Assembly: GCA_051313645.2 (NCBI GenBank)
Contig: JBNRSN020000024.1
Coordinates: forward strand, 83,080,001-83,144,000
Direction: 5' to 3'
Length of the DNA: 64,000 nt
From: Centroscyllium fabricii
Lineage: Eukaryota
Below the pieces are notes generated by a model that did not search any database, was not told the DNA's origin, and saw only the letters and a list, made by a program, of their open reading frames with translations. Positions 1 through 11,422 of this stretch are shown here, one piece after another. The translations under genes were made by a program, and so were the position numbers. Position 1 is the stretch's first letter; each line of letters starts with the position of its first letter.

Positions 1-1381
1 GCACCAGTCACTGAAGGTAAGCATGCAGGTGCAGCAGGCGGTTAAGAAGGCAAATGGTATGTTGGCCTTCATAGTGAGAGGATTCGAGTACAGGAGCAAG
101 GATGTCTTGCTGCAGTTGTACAGGGCCTTGGTGAGACCACACCTTGAGTATTGTGCACAGTTTTGGTCGCCTTATCTGCGGAAGGATGTTCTTGCCATGG
201 AGGGAGTGCAGCGAAGATTCACCAGACTGATAGCTGGGATGGCAATTCAATTCAATTCAATTCAAGTTTTATTGTCATTGTAGAGTACTAGTACAATACA
301 ACGAGACGACGACTCGACGCTCCCGAGAGTAGTGCAAATAAATTACATGCAAATTGCATACAGTAAAGTACATTTTCAGGTGTGCAGGTACCGGAGTTTA
401 TTTTTAGAGTTCAGGAGGCTGACAGCCCTGGGGAAGAAGCTGTTCTTAAGTCTAGTCGTGCGGGTGCGAATTGATCTGTAGCGTCTCCCGGAGGGCAGGG
501 GGGCGAACAGACTGTGGCTGTGGTGTGTGGGGTCTTTAATAATGTTCAGAGACCTCCGTAGGCAGCGTTTGAGGTAGATGCTTTCCATTGACGGTAGCTG
601 GGTACCGGTGATTCGTTGGGCAGTTTTGACTACCCGCTGCAGGGTCTTCCGCTCCGAGATGGTGCAATTTCCATACCAGACTGTGATGCAGCTTGTCAGT
701 ATGCTTTCGATTGTGCAGCGGTAGAAGTTGGAGAGGATGCCGGATGACAGCCTGGCTTTCTTCAGCTTCCTTAGGAAGTACAGGCGCTGTTGGGCCTCCT
801 TAACCAGAGAGGAGGTGTTTAGTGACCAGGAGAAATCTTCCGAGATGTGGACCCCTTGGAACTTGAAGCTGGACACCCTTTCCACCTCAGCCCCTTGGAT
901 GAAGATGGGGGTGTGTCTTCTGCTTCCAGTCCTCCGGAAGTCCACTATGATCTCCTTAGTTTTCTATGACATATGAAGAGAGATTGGGTCAATTAGACTT
1001 ATATTCGCTAGAGTTTAGAAGAATGAGAGGGGATCTCATTGAAACTTATAAAATTCTAACAGGACTAGATGCAGTAAGGATGTTCCCGATGGCGGGAGAG
1101 TCCAGAACCAGGGGTCACAGTCTAAGGATAAGGACAGAGATGAGGAATTTCTTCACCCAGAGAGTGGTGAACCTATGTAATTCTCTACCACAGAAGACAG
1201 TTGAGGCTAATTCAGTAAATATATTCGAGAAGAAGTTCGATATAGTTCTTAAGGCTAAAGGGATATGGGGAGAAAGCAGGGACAGGGTACTGAATTTGGA
1301 TGATCAGCCATGATCGCATTAAATGGTGGCGCAAGCTCGAGGGGCCGAATGGCCTACTCCTGCTCCTATCTTCTATGTTTG
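1..1381 (+). mobile_element. CR1-type LINE 3' fragment interrupted by a nested insertion (~244-965)
   Basis: ORF2 C-terminal motifs LYRALVRPHLEYCAQFWSP and SLEFRRMRGDLIETYKI; tail gatcagccatgat...gggccgaatggcctactcctgctcct. Confidence 0.9.
244..965 (-). mobile_element. Rex1/Babar-like non-LTR retrotransposon 3' fragment
   Basis: ORF 376-945 (KFQGVHISEDFSWS...AQQRLYFLRKLK...FYRCTIESILTSCITVWYGNC...LPSGRRYRS...NSFFPRAV); AATAAA and (TTGAA)n tail on -. Confidence 0.8.
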
Positions 1382-1669
1382 TATGAAGTGTAGTTACTGG
1401 TTGTAATGTAGGAATTAGTTCCCAGTCTGTATGGAACTACTCTTCTGTCCTCCCTCAGAAGGAAGGATTGAAAAGTCTGGTCCCCTTTCATACCACAGGA
1501 GTGGTATTGGAGGAACCAAGCAGCCCTGGCTACACACTTGACCCAGGGCATAGTGCATGTTATTGAGGTTGGAACATTTCCGAGTATTCGAGTAAGATTT
1601 TAATTAAGAATTTTAACAAAGAATTTTTGGTTCACTTCCAGATTTTTGATTTTTTTTTTCTCTTCACAG

Positions 1670-1861
1670 ATTGTTCCGTGTCAGTATCTGTTACAACCTG
1701 TGAAGAATGATGATCGGCACCTGTACTCCCAGCACCTTAAATCACTGGCGTTTTCTGTCTTCACTCAATGTCGGAGATCCTTACCACCCTCCACCTATGT
1801 CAAAGCACTGACTGGCTTTGGTCCAGGACTGGCCTTAGACAGCACCTTAAAGAGTCCAGAT
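1670..1861 (+). CDS. MED13: Mediator subunit 13, internal coding exon (first in window)
   Basis: Polypyrimidine tract, cag|ATT ... GAT|gtaagt; [36 protein letters not shown]...[17 protein letters not shown] matches the remembered vertebrate MED13 C-terminal region. Confidence 0.95.
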
Positions 1862-2475
1862 GTAAGTCTGTGTCAATTTTGTTTTAAAAACCTCTTCATT
1901 TCACATTCTCCACATACCATAGGAGCCTGGTCCACTTCTGATTGGCTCCAGGGGAAATGCCAACGATGTGGCCACTATGATTGCGTGTCTGTTTGCTTTT
2001 CCCCAGCTCTAGCATTGAATTTGTTGCTCCTACCATTGTTTGCTTCAGTTCTTGCACCTGGCTGCAAGAAATGGGTGGTGTAGATTTTCCTTTGGGTCAG
2101 CGTGTCATGTTCCTGATAAAACTTCTGCTTGCTTGACATTTTCGGGGTCCGCTGCTTAAAAATTGGAATGCCAACAGGCAGGATCTCTTCATCCTCTGAT
2201 TTCTGATGGAGAATATGGCCGCCTCCACCCCTTTTGAAGTGTTTCAAGCTTTGTAAAGATTGTAATCGCCCCTCAGCAGAAATAGATGGGCCTGAATCAT
2301 ATATAAAAGGTCTGTCACCACAACACTGGAAATTGCACCACTTACCTTGGTGTTGGGGGGGGGGGGGGGTGTCTCTGAATGTATCTGTAAGTCCCTTCAG
2401 TATTTTGCTTAATCTGCATGCCGTGTGATAAAGCAGAAAGCAAAATCACAGGAAAACTGAGATTCAAAACAAGAT

Positions 2476-2845
2476 TGTGAGGGGGCTTGATCGGGTGGAT
2501 GCGGTGAGGATGTTTCCACTGATGGGTGAGACTAGAACTAGGGGGCATAATCTTAGAATAAGGGGCTGCCCTTTCAAAACTGAGATGAGGAGAAACTTCT
2601 TCACTCAGAGGGTAGTAAATCTATGGAATTTACTACCTCAGAGAGCTGTGGAAGCTGCGACATTAAATAAATTTAAAACAGAGATGGGCAGTTTCCTAGC
2701 TGATAAGGGAATAAGGGGTTACGGGGAGTGGACAGGGAAGTGGATGTGAATCTAAGTTCAGATCAGCCATGATCCTATTGAATGGCGGAGCAGGCCCGAG
2801 GGGCCTTATGGCCGACTCCTGCTCCTACTTCTTATGTTCTTATGT
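2476..2845 (+). mobile_element. CR1-type LINE 3' fragment
   Basis: TRGHNLRI...RRNFFTQRVVNLWNLLP plus the standard tail. Confidence 0.88.
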
Positions 2846-3589
2846 ACAAAGAAAAACCTGTCGGTTTTGATCTGGAGTCTTCTGGCACTGAATCTCAACT
2901 GGATTTGAGCACTGTGGCCATCTTGCTAATACCAGCTGAGTATAGATACCCAAAGGTACCAAGAGCACCGACAATGCCTATCTGCTGGTAACAACACCCA
3001 ACTAGACTGGGCATAGAGACCAAATCAGCAACGCATGCCATCAACTCAACTGGCAGCGCTCACCATCGGCCCGAATTTAAGTCCCTCTGGCACGTGTTGC
3101 AAGTTAACACTGGTTAATTTACCCAGGTAGGCAGTGATGGTTGCTGAAGAATTATTGACATGATGCCACACTGCGGCGGCTCTGGTGCCATCGTGTATCT
3201 GGGGAAGGCCGCCAATGAGGTTATCAGTCAGTACCTGCCAGTTCTGCTGGACGCCTCCTGCAGGGCCGGCCTAAGTACTACACAAGTTTAATATTCTAGT
3301 ATATCCCATAACCAGAGTAAATGTCCTAAACATGTAAGAAATACGCAACCTGTGCAATCCCCAATGGAACTGTCATCCCCATTAAAACCATACACTCTTG
3401 GGAAGTGGGACGACTCTTGATAAATCTGCTGAAACCGTATTGCAGATGAGACAAGGATAGAGCCGAGGACCTCCTTGTTACGTATCCGTGCCACACAAAG
3501 AGGTGCATTTGCTCCCTGAGCTATTTGTGGAGCTGAAATTTATAAAATGTGACCCAATTGTGAACCTGTCTTTTTCTTTTTTGCTACAG

Positions 3590-3813
3590 AGGCCAGAGTG
3601 TTTGCGGATTTACAGCCCACCGTTTATCTTGGCTCCAGTGAAGGATAAGCAGACTGAGCTGGGAGAGACATTTGGAGAGGCTAGCCAAAAGTACAATGTT
3701 CTTTTTGTTGGCTATTGCTTGTCACATGACCAGAGGTGGCTGCTTGGAACCTGCACGGATCTCTATGGAGAACTGCTGGAAACCTGCGTCATTAATATAG
3801 ATGTACCAAACAG
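3590..3813 (+). CDS. MED13: MED13 coding exon
   Basis: tacag|AGG ... AAC AG|gtatgt; [50 protein letters not shown]...NIDVPN. Confidence 0.96.
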
Positions 3814-4794
3814 GTATGTAGACGGCTGAAAAACATCAAAATATCGGCTAATTCACCCAGTCTAGTCGAAAGACTTGTCTTGAAATTGCTAGCAGCCCAG
3901 ACTGGCAGTTGTTTACAGAAAAGAACAGATCACCCTAGTCAGACCAGATGTATCTTCCAGTCTGTGTTGACATAGAAAGATTAGTGTATACAAGATGATG
4001 TTAGTACATTAAAAAAAAAACGCAGACATTGGAGAGCAGCACCAAACACATGCTGGTAACACGTGGAGAGTCAGGTGCAAAGTACTCCCAATTGCTAGTT
4101 AAAACTCCTGGCATATTCTCGGTGTGACCTTGAGTAATGTTGGCACCACCTTAGCTTCAGGTATCTTGCAGCAGACTTGCGTCAGTCTTGAAGGTAATGA
4201 GGTTTTGTTTGAGGGGTGATTGATTGTTTTGCTCTGCCAACACCTAGTTTTAGCTTTGTATTTGAAGGTCCAGCGTAAAAATGTATATGGTCAGCAAAAT
4301 GGGAAAATAATAAGAGAAAACAAGAATAATCTATTTTTAAGGCGTCCCAATCCACCTTTGTTACCATTGAACCCGGGGGTCAGTGGCCCTCTACTTTCAC
4401 CCCACATGGTGGTGCTGGCCTGAGTCAGTATTTTGGAGAATTCTTGGTGTGCAGCTACATATCTGACCATCTGTGACTCAGCAAATTGGTGCTTTGGTGT
4501 GCTACAGTGTTCTGCTTCTGTTCCTATCTTTACATTCGGTTTTTTTGTGTACCCCCCCCCCCCCCCACAAGTTAAATGCGGGGAAAAACCTCCCGCCCTG
4601 GAAGCAGCTGTTAATACACTTTCATGGGTCCCAATCAAAGTCCTGTGTACTTGCCCAAGTGACCAACGGTTATGAGCCTGGCAGTAAGTGTTGGACTGTT
4701 TGACCCTCGAGTGGCATCACATCCAAACCTGACTTCGACCTCACATGGGTTACTGGATGTTTTACTCTAACCCAGGCAAATAATAGCGGCCCCC

Positions 4795-4930
4795 AGTTCT
4801 GACGAAAGGTCATCGACCTGAAACGTTAACTCTGTTTCTCGCGTCACAGCTGCTGCCTGACCTGCTGAGTTTCTCCAGCATTTTCTGTTTTTATTTCAGA
4901 TTTCCAGCATCTGCAGTATTTTCTTTTTGA
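4795..4930 (+). mobile_element. Penelope-like terminal fragment, family P1, with hammerhead core (4795-4831)
   Basis: agtt CTGACGA a AGGTC atc GACCT GAAA cg TT aact; repeated at 33477, 51757 and 17575. Confidence 0.7.
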
Positions 4931-5083
4931 CATACTAGTGCCCCGAGACCAACTAACTCCATGCACGGAGCGAACCTGGGCCACCTTGTTCTGTACGGCT
5001 CAGCTGCTCACCTGCTGAGCTGAGGTGGTTGCATTTTTTGTTCAATGTCCAGTTTAGTTGCACAGTGGCCTATAATACAAATA

Positions 5084-5429
5084 CAGGTTGAGCACCGGTA
5101 ATCCGGCACCCGATGGTCCGGCAGCTTCAGTGGTCCGGCACGATTGGAAACCGGCGCTCTTCATTTTGCGGAGCAGCCGCTCGGTGGCGCCACCATTTCC
5201 CGCCAAGGTTGAGCGAGCGCCGAAGGCGTCTGGCGTTTGGGTTTCTGGTTTTTTAGGTTCTGTAAGTGTTCTATCCCTGGGCTCCCTCCCGGGGAGTGTT
5301 CTAACCGCGCGCTCCGGGCCCCGGGGAGTGTTCTACCGCGCGCTCCCCCGAACCTTCAGTGGTTCGGAATTTTCAGTGGTCCGGCACAGGCCTGGTTCCG
5401 AGGGTGCTGGATTAACGGTGATCGACCTG
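5084..5429. mobile_element. Tigger/pogo-like MITE, TIR type A
   Basis: TA|CAGGTTGAGCACCGGTAATCCGGCACC ... GGTGCTGGATTAACGGTGATCGACCTG|TA. Confidence 0.85.
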
Positions 5430-5431
5430 TA

Positions 5432-6020
5432 CAGGTTGAAGTTCGTTAATCTGGCAGGGTCAGGACCAGCACCCTGCCGGATTGTTGAAAACGGCGAATT
5501 ATTGAAACCACGGCGGCGCATGCGCATTCAAAATGGCTGTCGCGAAATTTTCAATGCTCTGTGCATGCGCTCACCGGTACCTGGAAGTTGATTTTCGGCC
5601 CAAGGGTCGGGTGGAACTCGCACTCGATTCTGCTGCGGGTCAGGGAGCGGGCCGCATGGCTCCAGCGGGCCTGAGGCCCAATGCGGGGCTCAAGCCCGGC
5701 TCACGTGACGCCACCGCACGCCAGCTTCGGAACGTGGTAACGTCCGCACGCAACCAGGCAGGAGCCTCCGGCAGCGATGGGCACCGAGAATTGCCTGTAT
5801 CGCGTCCTGCGAAAGGCGGCTGGCACAACAGCTCATCTTCTGGGCCTGGGATTCACCATCGACATCGGGGTGGTCACTAAGCCGGGATCCAGTGAGTATA
5901 TGTTGGGTGAAAGAGAAGCCCAGCCCCGACGGTGGCCATTTTGAATTGTTTGCACAGTTGGGAAAATCTGCGCCGAAGCTGCCGGTTTTTACGGGTGCCG
6001 GATTAACGAACTTCAACCTG
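5432..6020. mobile_element. Tigger/pogo-like MITE, TIR type B
   Basis: TA|CAGGTTGAAGTTCGTTAATCTGGCA ... TGCCGGATTAACGAACTTCAACCTG|TA. Confidence 0.87.
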
Positions 6021-6099
6021 TACTTGCATTCTAAAGGCAAGGGGGATGAGTGAATCCATTTTGCACAGTTAAATTGGTGATTTATGTTTTATCTGACAG

Positions 6100-6242
6100 G
6101 GCTCGCAGGCGGAAAGGTTCACCCCGGAGAATGGGTTTGCAAAAACTCTGGGACTGGTGCTTGGGCATCATGCAGATGACATCACTGCCCTGGAGGGTTG
6201 TTATTGGGCGCCTCGGGAGGATAGGACACGGAGAGTTGAAAG
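6100..6242 (+). CDS. MED13: MED13 coding exon
   Basis: gacag|G GCT ... AAA G|gtaaaa; [47 protein letters not shown]. Confidence 0.96.
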
Positions 6243-6554
6243 GTAAAAGAAATTAAGAGGAGTAAAGCAGATGAACATCCCACGGCATCCTGCAAACTGG
6301 CACATTGCATATTTATTTAACAATTTTCCTGGTATGTTGCTGGCAAAACATTCTCATTCTTGGAAGTATTAGTTCCAGATGTGAGCACTGACTAATGGGG
6401 ACTGCTCTTAGTATAAGTACACATATGAAACAGCCGTATATGTAAAAGAACAATTTTACCAGATCTGTACTATTGCTCACTAAATCCGAGGATCGGCTGT
6501 TTTATAAGAGGAATGCTGTATCAGGTAACGCACAATATATCTTTCTACTACTAA

Positions 6555-6820
6555 AATCAGATCGGCCATGTGATCTCCTGGACCAGTTTTTGATCGCCTA
6601 GATGGGTCGGAGAGGAATTTCCCAGATTTTTTCTCCCAAATTGGCCACTGGGTTTTTTATCTGGCTTTTCGCCTCTCCCGGGTGATCACATGGGTTCGGG
6701 CGGGATGGAGAGTGAAAATAAAATTGAGGTTAGGATCAGATCAGCCATGATCTTGTTGAATGGCGGAGCAGGCTCGAGGGGCTGATTGGCCAACTCCTGC
6801 TCCTATTTCTTATGTTCTTA
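6555..6820 (+). mobile_element. CR1-type 3' tail fragments
   Basis: Two successive tail-like segments (agatcggccatgtgatctc...; gatcagccatgatcttgttgaatggcggagcagg...ttcttatgttctta). Confidence 0.6.
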
Positions 6821-7006
6821 CGTAAAAGAACCCTGGATCAAGCAGAGTTGAGTTGTTTGGTGAGAGAACAGTGCATATTGGAAGCTGTTTGTAAAGATCA
6901 GGCTGCAGATCAGCACTCTCTCTTGAGATTGTTTTACATCTGTAACAATGCAAAATACAAAATGCCATGTGGTAGATGAAATCTTATTCTATCTTATTTA
7001 TCATGA

Positions 7007-7204
7007 TGTGGAGGTGCCGGTGTGAACTGGGGTGGACAAATGCAAGAAGTCACACAACACCAGGTTATAATCCAACAGCTTTATTAGAAATCACAAGCTT
7101 TCGGAGCGTTGCTCTTTCACCTGACGAAGGAGCGGCGCTCCGAAAGCTTGTGATTTCTAATAAAGCTGTTGGACTATAACCTGGTGTTGTGTGACTGCTT
7201 ACAT
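7007..7204. mobile_element. Inverted Penelope-like terminal pair, family P2, with hammerhead core (7117-7153)
   Basis: Hairpin with ~80-bp arms at 7038-7206; flanked by the 13-bp duplication ttatttatcatga (6994-7006 and 7205-7217). Confidence 0.75.
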
Positions 7205-7974
7205 TTATTTATCATGACCGTGCTCTAGACTATCTATGAGTAAAATTCTGAGAGTCCTGCGAACTTACACACATTTATTTTGTGTTCTTTTTAATACTGC
7301 TTTATTATAAAGTATGTGTTAGTGTTTTTAAAAAAAAAACTTGTCTGTATGTCGAAGAGCACTTATTTGTCCCCTTCCCTTCTCTCGTGGATGCCATGTC
7401 CCGGTGGATCCCAGCAGTACCTCATTAAATGGCCTTTGTTGATGTGTGAGCCAAGATTAAAATGGCAGGTTATTTGACCGTAGAGAGCTGAGTCCAATCT
7501 TGTTTTCACTCGACTTCTAAAGATGTACTTTTTAGCGAGGCTCATTTGATAAGTGATCAGGAGCGGGAACCAAGTTTTTTTTTTTTGCTGTCTCCAATGC
7601 ACTGAGGCCAATTATAGCACCATAACCTGCCTGAGATCAGCTGATGAGGGACATGCTTGTAATTGAACTGGTTCTATATCTTTTAAGCCTAGAAATTTAC
7701 TTTGGGGAATATTGAACCAATGCTTAGACCTTTGATATGAGATTCCTTTACTGGTTCAGTGGCGACTTTAAACTACAGTTTACCTGTATTAATATAGCAG
7801 GCAATGGAATGGCATACGCCAGTATCCTCAAAAGTAGCTTCTAGGCTATTGTGCGATACTGGGCAGTACATACAGTTACAAAGCCATCAAGAGAGCATTA
7901 GTAGAAAAGTTCTTTAATCTCCAGTGCATATTTATGTTCCCAAGATTCATGCTGCTCTTTTTGATTTCCTGCAG

Positions 7975-8133
7975 ACTGGAGTTGCTTACTTGGTCGGCGC
8001 ACTTTGCAATCCCTCAGCCGGCACCTGAAGGACACATGCAGGATGTGTGGCATTTCTGCGGCGGATTCTCCGAGCATCCTTAGTGCTTGTTTGGTTGCTA
8101 TGGAGCCCCAGGGATCATTCGTGATAATGCCTG
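7975..8133 (+). CDS. MED13: MED13 coding exon
   Basis: tgcag|AC TGG ... CCT G|gtaaga; [53 protein letters not shown] (not in the ORF track, read manually). Confidence 0.95.
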
Positions 8134-8219
8134 GTAAGAATAGTTTGGGGAATGTCCAGTTGAAAACTTGAATAAATTTATAGTCAGCAATTAGTTTCAA
8201 CCTGCATGAGATTAAAACA

Positions 8220-8876
8220 TTTTTTTTTATCCATTGATGGGATGTGGGCGTCGCTGGCTGGCTAGGCCTGCATTTAGTGCCCATCCCTAATTGCCCTTGA
8301 GAAGATGGTGGTGAGCCGCCTTCTTGAACTGCTGCAGTCCATATGGTGTAGGTACACCCACAATGTTGTTAGGAAGGGAGTTCCAGGATTTTGGCCCAGC
8401 GACAGTGAAGGAGCGGCGATACAGGTCCAAGTCAGGATGGTGTGTGGCTTGGAGGGGAACTTGTAGGTGGTGCTGTTCCCATGCGTCTGCTGCCCTTGTC
8501 CTTCTAAGTGGTAGAGGTTGCGGGTTTGGAAGGTGTTGTTGAAGGAGCTTTGGCGAGTTGCTGCAGTGCATCTTGTAGTTGGTACACACTGCAGCCACAG
8601 TGCGCCGGTGGTGGAGGGAGTTAATGTTGAAGGTGGTGGATGGAGTGCCAATCAAGCGGGCTGCTTTATCCTGAATGGTGTCGAGCTTCTTGAGTGTTGT
8701 TGGAGCTGCACTCATCCAGGCAAGTGGAGAGCATTCCATCACACTCCTGACTTGTGCCTTGTAGATGGTGGAAAGGCTTTGGGGAGTCAGGAGGTGAGAC
8801 ACTCGCCGCAGAATTCCCAGCCTCTGGCCTGCTCTTGTAGCCACAGTATTTATATGGCTGGTCCAGTTCAGTTTCT
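8220..8876 (-). mobile_element. 3' fragment of the tRNA-headed LINE family (see 59729-63230)
   Basis: ORF 8287-8844 is nearly identical to ORF 62517-62984 (YKAQVRSVME.SPLAWMSA); same tail and poly(A). Confidence 0.88.
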
Positions 8877-9084
8877 ACGTGTATATATGTACTGATGTAG
8901 TTTTACACTAGTATGATTTAAAAAAAATGATTAACCTGCTAAAGAATGTGAATGGAACCTGTATTCTGGTCTGACATCTCAACTCTCCATTTGAACAGCA
9001 GCTCCTGGTGGCCTGGCAAATGTTTTCCTTTCATAGTTTACATGTGACGTGTGTGTGAGTTTAGTATTGCCTGATTTATACAAC

Positions 9085-10615
9085 CAGGTCTGCCTGATGG
9101 ATGGATGTTTTTCAGACTGGGCAGTGGTGTTCCCCAAGGTCAGTTTTGGGTGCATTACTCTTTATTTTTATTAATGACCTAGACTCGGGTGTAGTGAGCA
9201 GCATTCTGAAGTTTGCAGATGATATGAAACTTGGCAAAGTAGTAGATAGTAAGTAAGTGAATAAGTAAGTAAATGTTATTGTCACATGAACTGAACAAGA
9301 AAGAATTCAGACAGTGAAATGCTGACTGCTATTCCACACGCGCCATACATCAAACTGCGCAACAAAGGACATTGAGATACACAGCACGCGCGGAATCCGC
9401 AAGACCTCAAGCCATTCTCCGGCGCCATCTTGTGATGAGGATAGTTGTCGACTTCAGGATGGTGAATTGGGTAGAAACATAGAAACATAGAAGATAGGAG
9501 CAGGAGTCGGCCATTCGGCCCTTCGAGCCTGCTCCGCCATTCAATGAGATCATGGCTGATCATCCAAACCCAGTATCCCGCCCCTGCCCTCTCCCCATAT
9601 CCCTCGATCCCTCTCGATCCGGCACCGACACATATCCCACCCTATCCCCGTAACCCCACGTATTCAATCCACCTAACACTAAGGGTCAATTTATCATGGC
9701 CAATCAACCTAACCCGCAAATCTTTGGACTGCGGGAGGAAACCGGAGCACCCGGAGGAAACCCACGCAGACACGGGGAGAATGTGCAAACTCCACACAGA
9801 TAGTACCCGAAGCACGGCAGATGGCGTTCAATGCAGAGAAGTGTAAAGTGATGCACTTGGGAGGACTAACATGGAAAGACAGTGTACTATAAATGGCACG
9901 ATTTTGAAAAGTGTAGATGAGACCTTGGTGTCCTTTTACACAAATCCTTAAAGCTGGCATGGCAAGTTGATAAATTGGTTAAAAAAGCAGATGGGTTACT
10001 TGGGTTTATAAATAGAGGCATAGAATATAAAAGCAAAGAAATAATGTTTGAACTTTATAAATCGCTGGTTAGGTCTCAGCAGCACTATTGTGGACAATTC
10101 TGGGCACCGCACTTCAGGAAAGATGTAAAGGCCTTAGAAAGGGTTCAGAGGAGGTTTACCAGGATGTTACCAGTGATGAGGGACTTCAGTTATGAGGAGA
10201 GGCTGGAGAAGTTAGGACTGTTCTCCCTGAACCAGAGAAGGTTAAGAGGTGACCTAATCGAGGTTTTCAAGATGATGAGAGGTTTTGATAGAGTAGAAAG
10301 AGAAAAACAATTCCCTCTGGCGAGTGGATCAATAACCAGAGGTCATAGATTCAAAATCATTGGCAGAAGATCTGGAGGGGAGATGAGGAGAATTTTTTTC
10401 ACTCCGTTGTCGGGATCGGGAACGCTCCTCCTGAAAAGGTGGTGGAAGCGGATTCCATCAATAATTTTAATGGGAATTGGACAGTTACTTGAGGATGTGA
10501 AACTTAAAGGGTTACGAACAAAAAGCGGGAATGTGGGATTAAGCATGACTGTTCTTTTACAGAGCCAGTACAGGCATGATGGGCCGAATGGCCTCCTGTA
10601 CTGTTAGTTTCTATA
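9085..10615 (+). mobile_element. CR1-type LINE RT/3' fragment with two nested insertions (~9251-9432 unclassified; 9472-9810 V-SINE)
   Basis: Degenerate GVPQGS and KFADD motifs at ~9125-9225; ORF 9975-10607 is a CR1 C-terminus. Confidence 0.82.
9472..9810 (-). mobile_element. HE1-like V-SINE, 5'-truncated, long CR1 tail
   Basis: V-domain (gtggagtttgcacattctccccgtgtctgcgtgggtttcctccggg) and CR1 tail. Confidence 0.85.
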
Positions 10616-10619
10616 ATCT

Positions 10620-11260
10620 TCGGCAGCACCACCATTGCCAAGACCACCACCATCAATATTCTGGAGATCACCATTGACTAGAAGCTTAACTAGACCAACA
10701 CTGGCTACAGGAGTAGGGCAAAGGCTGGGTATTATGCAATGAGTAGCTCACCTCCTGACCCCCTCAGCCTCTCCACTATATCTACAAGATTCAAATCAGG
10801 AGTATGATGGAATATTCAGCACTAACTGGATAGATGCAGCTGCAACAATACTCAACAAGATTGACGCCATTCGAGACAGAGCAGTCCACTTCATTGGTGC
10901 GCCTGCTGCGAGACTCAGGATTCATTCCATCCACCACTGGCGCATTGTTGCCACAGTGTGTGCTGTCTACAACTGCAACAACTCACTAAGCTTACTTGAA
11001 TAGAACCTCCCAGCCCTGTTACCTCTGCTGCAGAGAAGCACAAGAGCAACCAAATCTTGAATGCCATCACCTCTAAGTTCCCTTCCAACTCCTATGCCAC
11101 CATGACTTGGAGATATACACATTGTCGTCACGGAATCAAAATTCTGCAATTCACTACGTGATACCATTGTGGGAGCGGTCAGGAGGGCCCACCATTACCA
11201 TCTCGGGGCAGCTGAGAATGGGTGAAAATTATGGCCTCGCCTATATCTTGAGAAGAAATA
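10620..11260 (+). mobile_element. Degenerate 3' fragment of the tRNA-headed LINE family
   Basis: Colinear, diverged similarity to 62520-63230. Confidence 0.7.
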
Positions 11261-11293
11261 GTTTAAAAAAATCTTTTAGGGAGCAGTGGAGTG

Positions 11294-11422
11294 TAATGTT
11301 TCCTGTAATGGTGCGGGCCATTCAGAGTTCCACGCACGCATGGGTTTTCTATTTAGGAGCCGGCTCACTGGCTCTGCGGGACCTCGAGCGCTGTGTGACT
11401 GCGCGGCTTAAAGGGAACATTG
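11294..11422. mobile_element. Short hAT-like MITE (CAATGTTCCC TIR family)
   Basis: aatgtttcct ... agggaacattg; homologous to the copies at 46183, 49789, 54158 and ~18775. Confidence 0.6.

Noticed and set aside
376-945. Host gene such as an ALKBH8-like N-terminus
   Set aside because: It is intronless, 5'-truncated, has a tandem-repeat tail and is nested in CR1; it is a retrotransposon ORF2 C-terminus.
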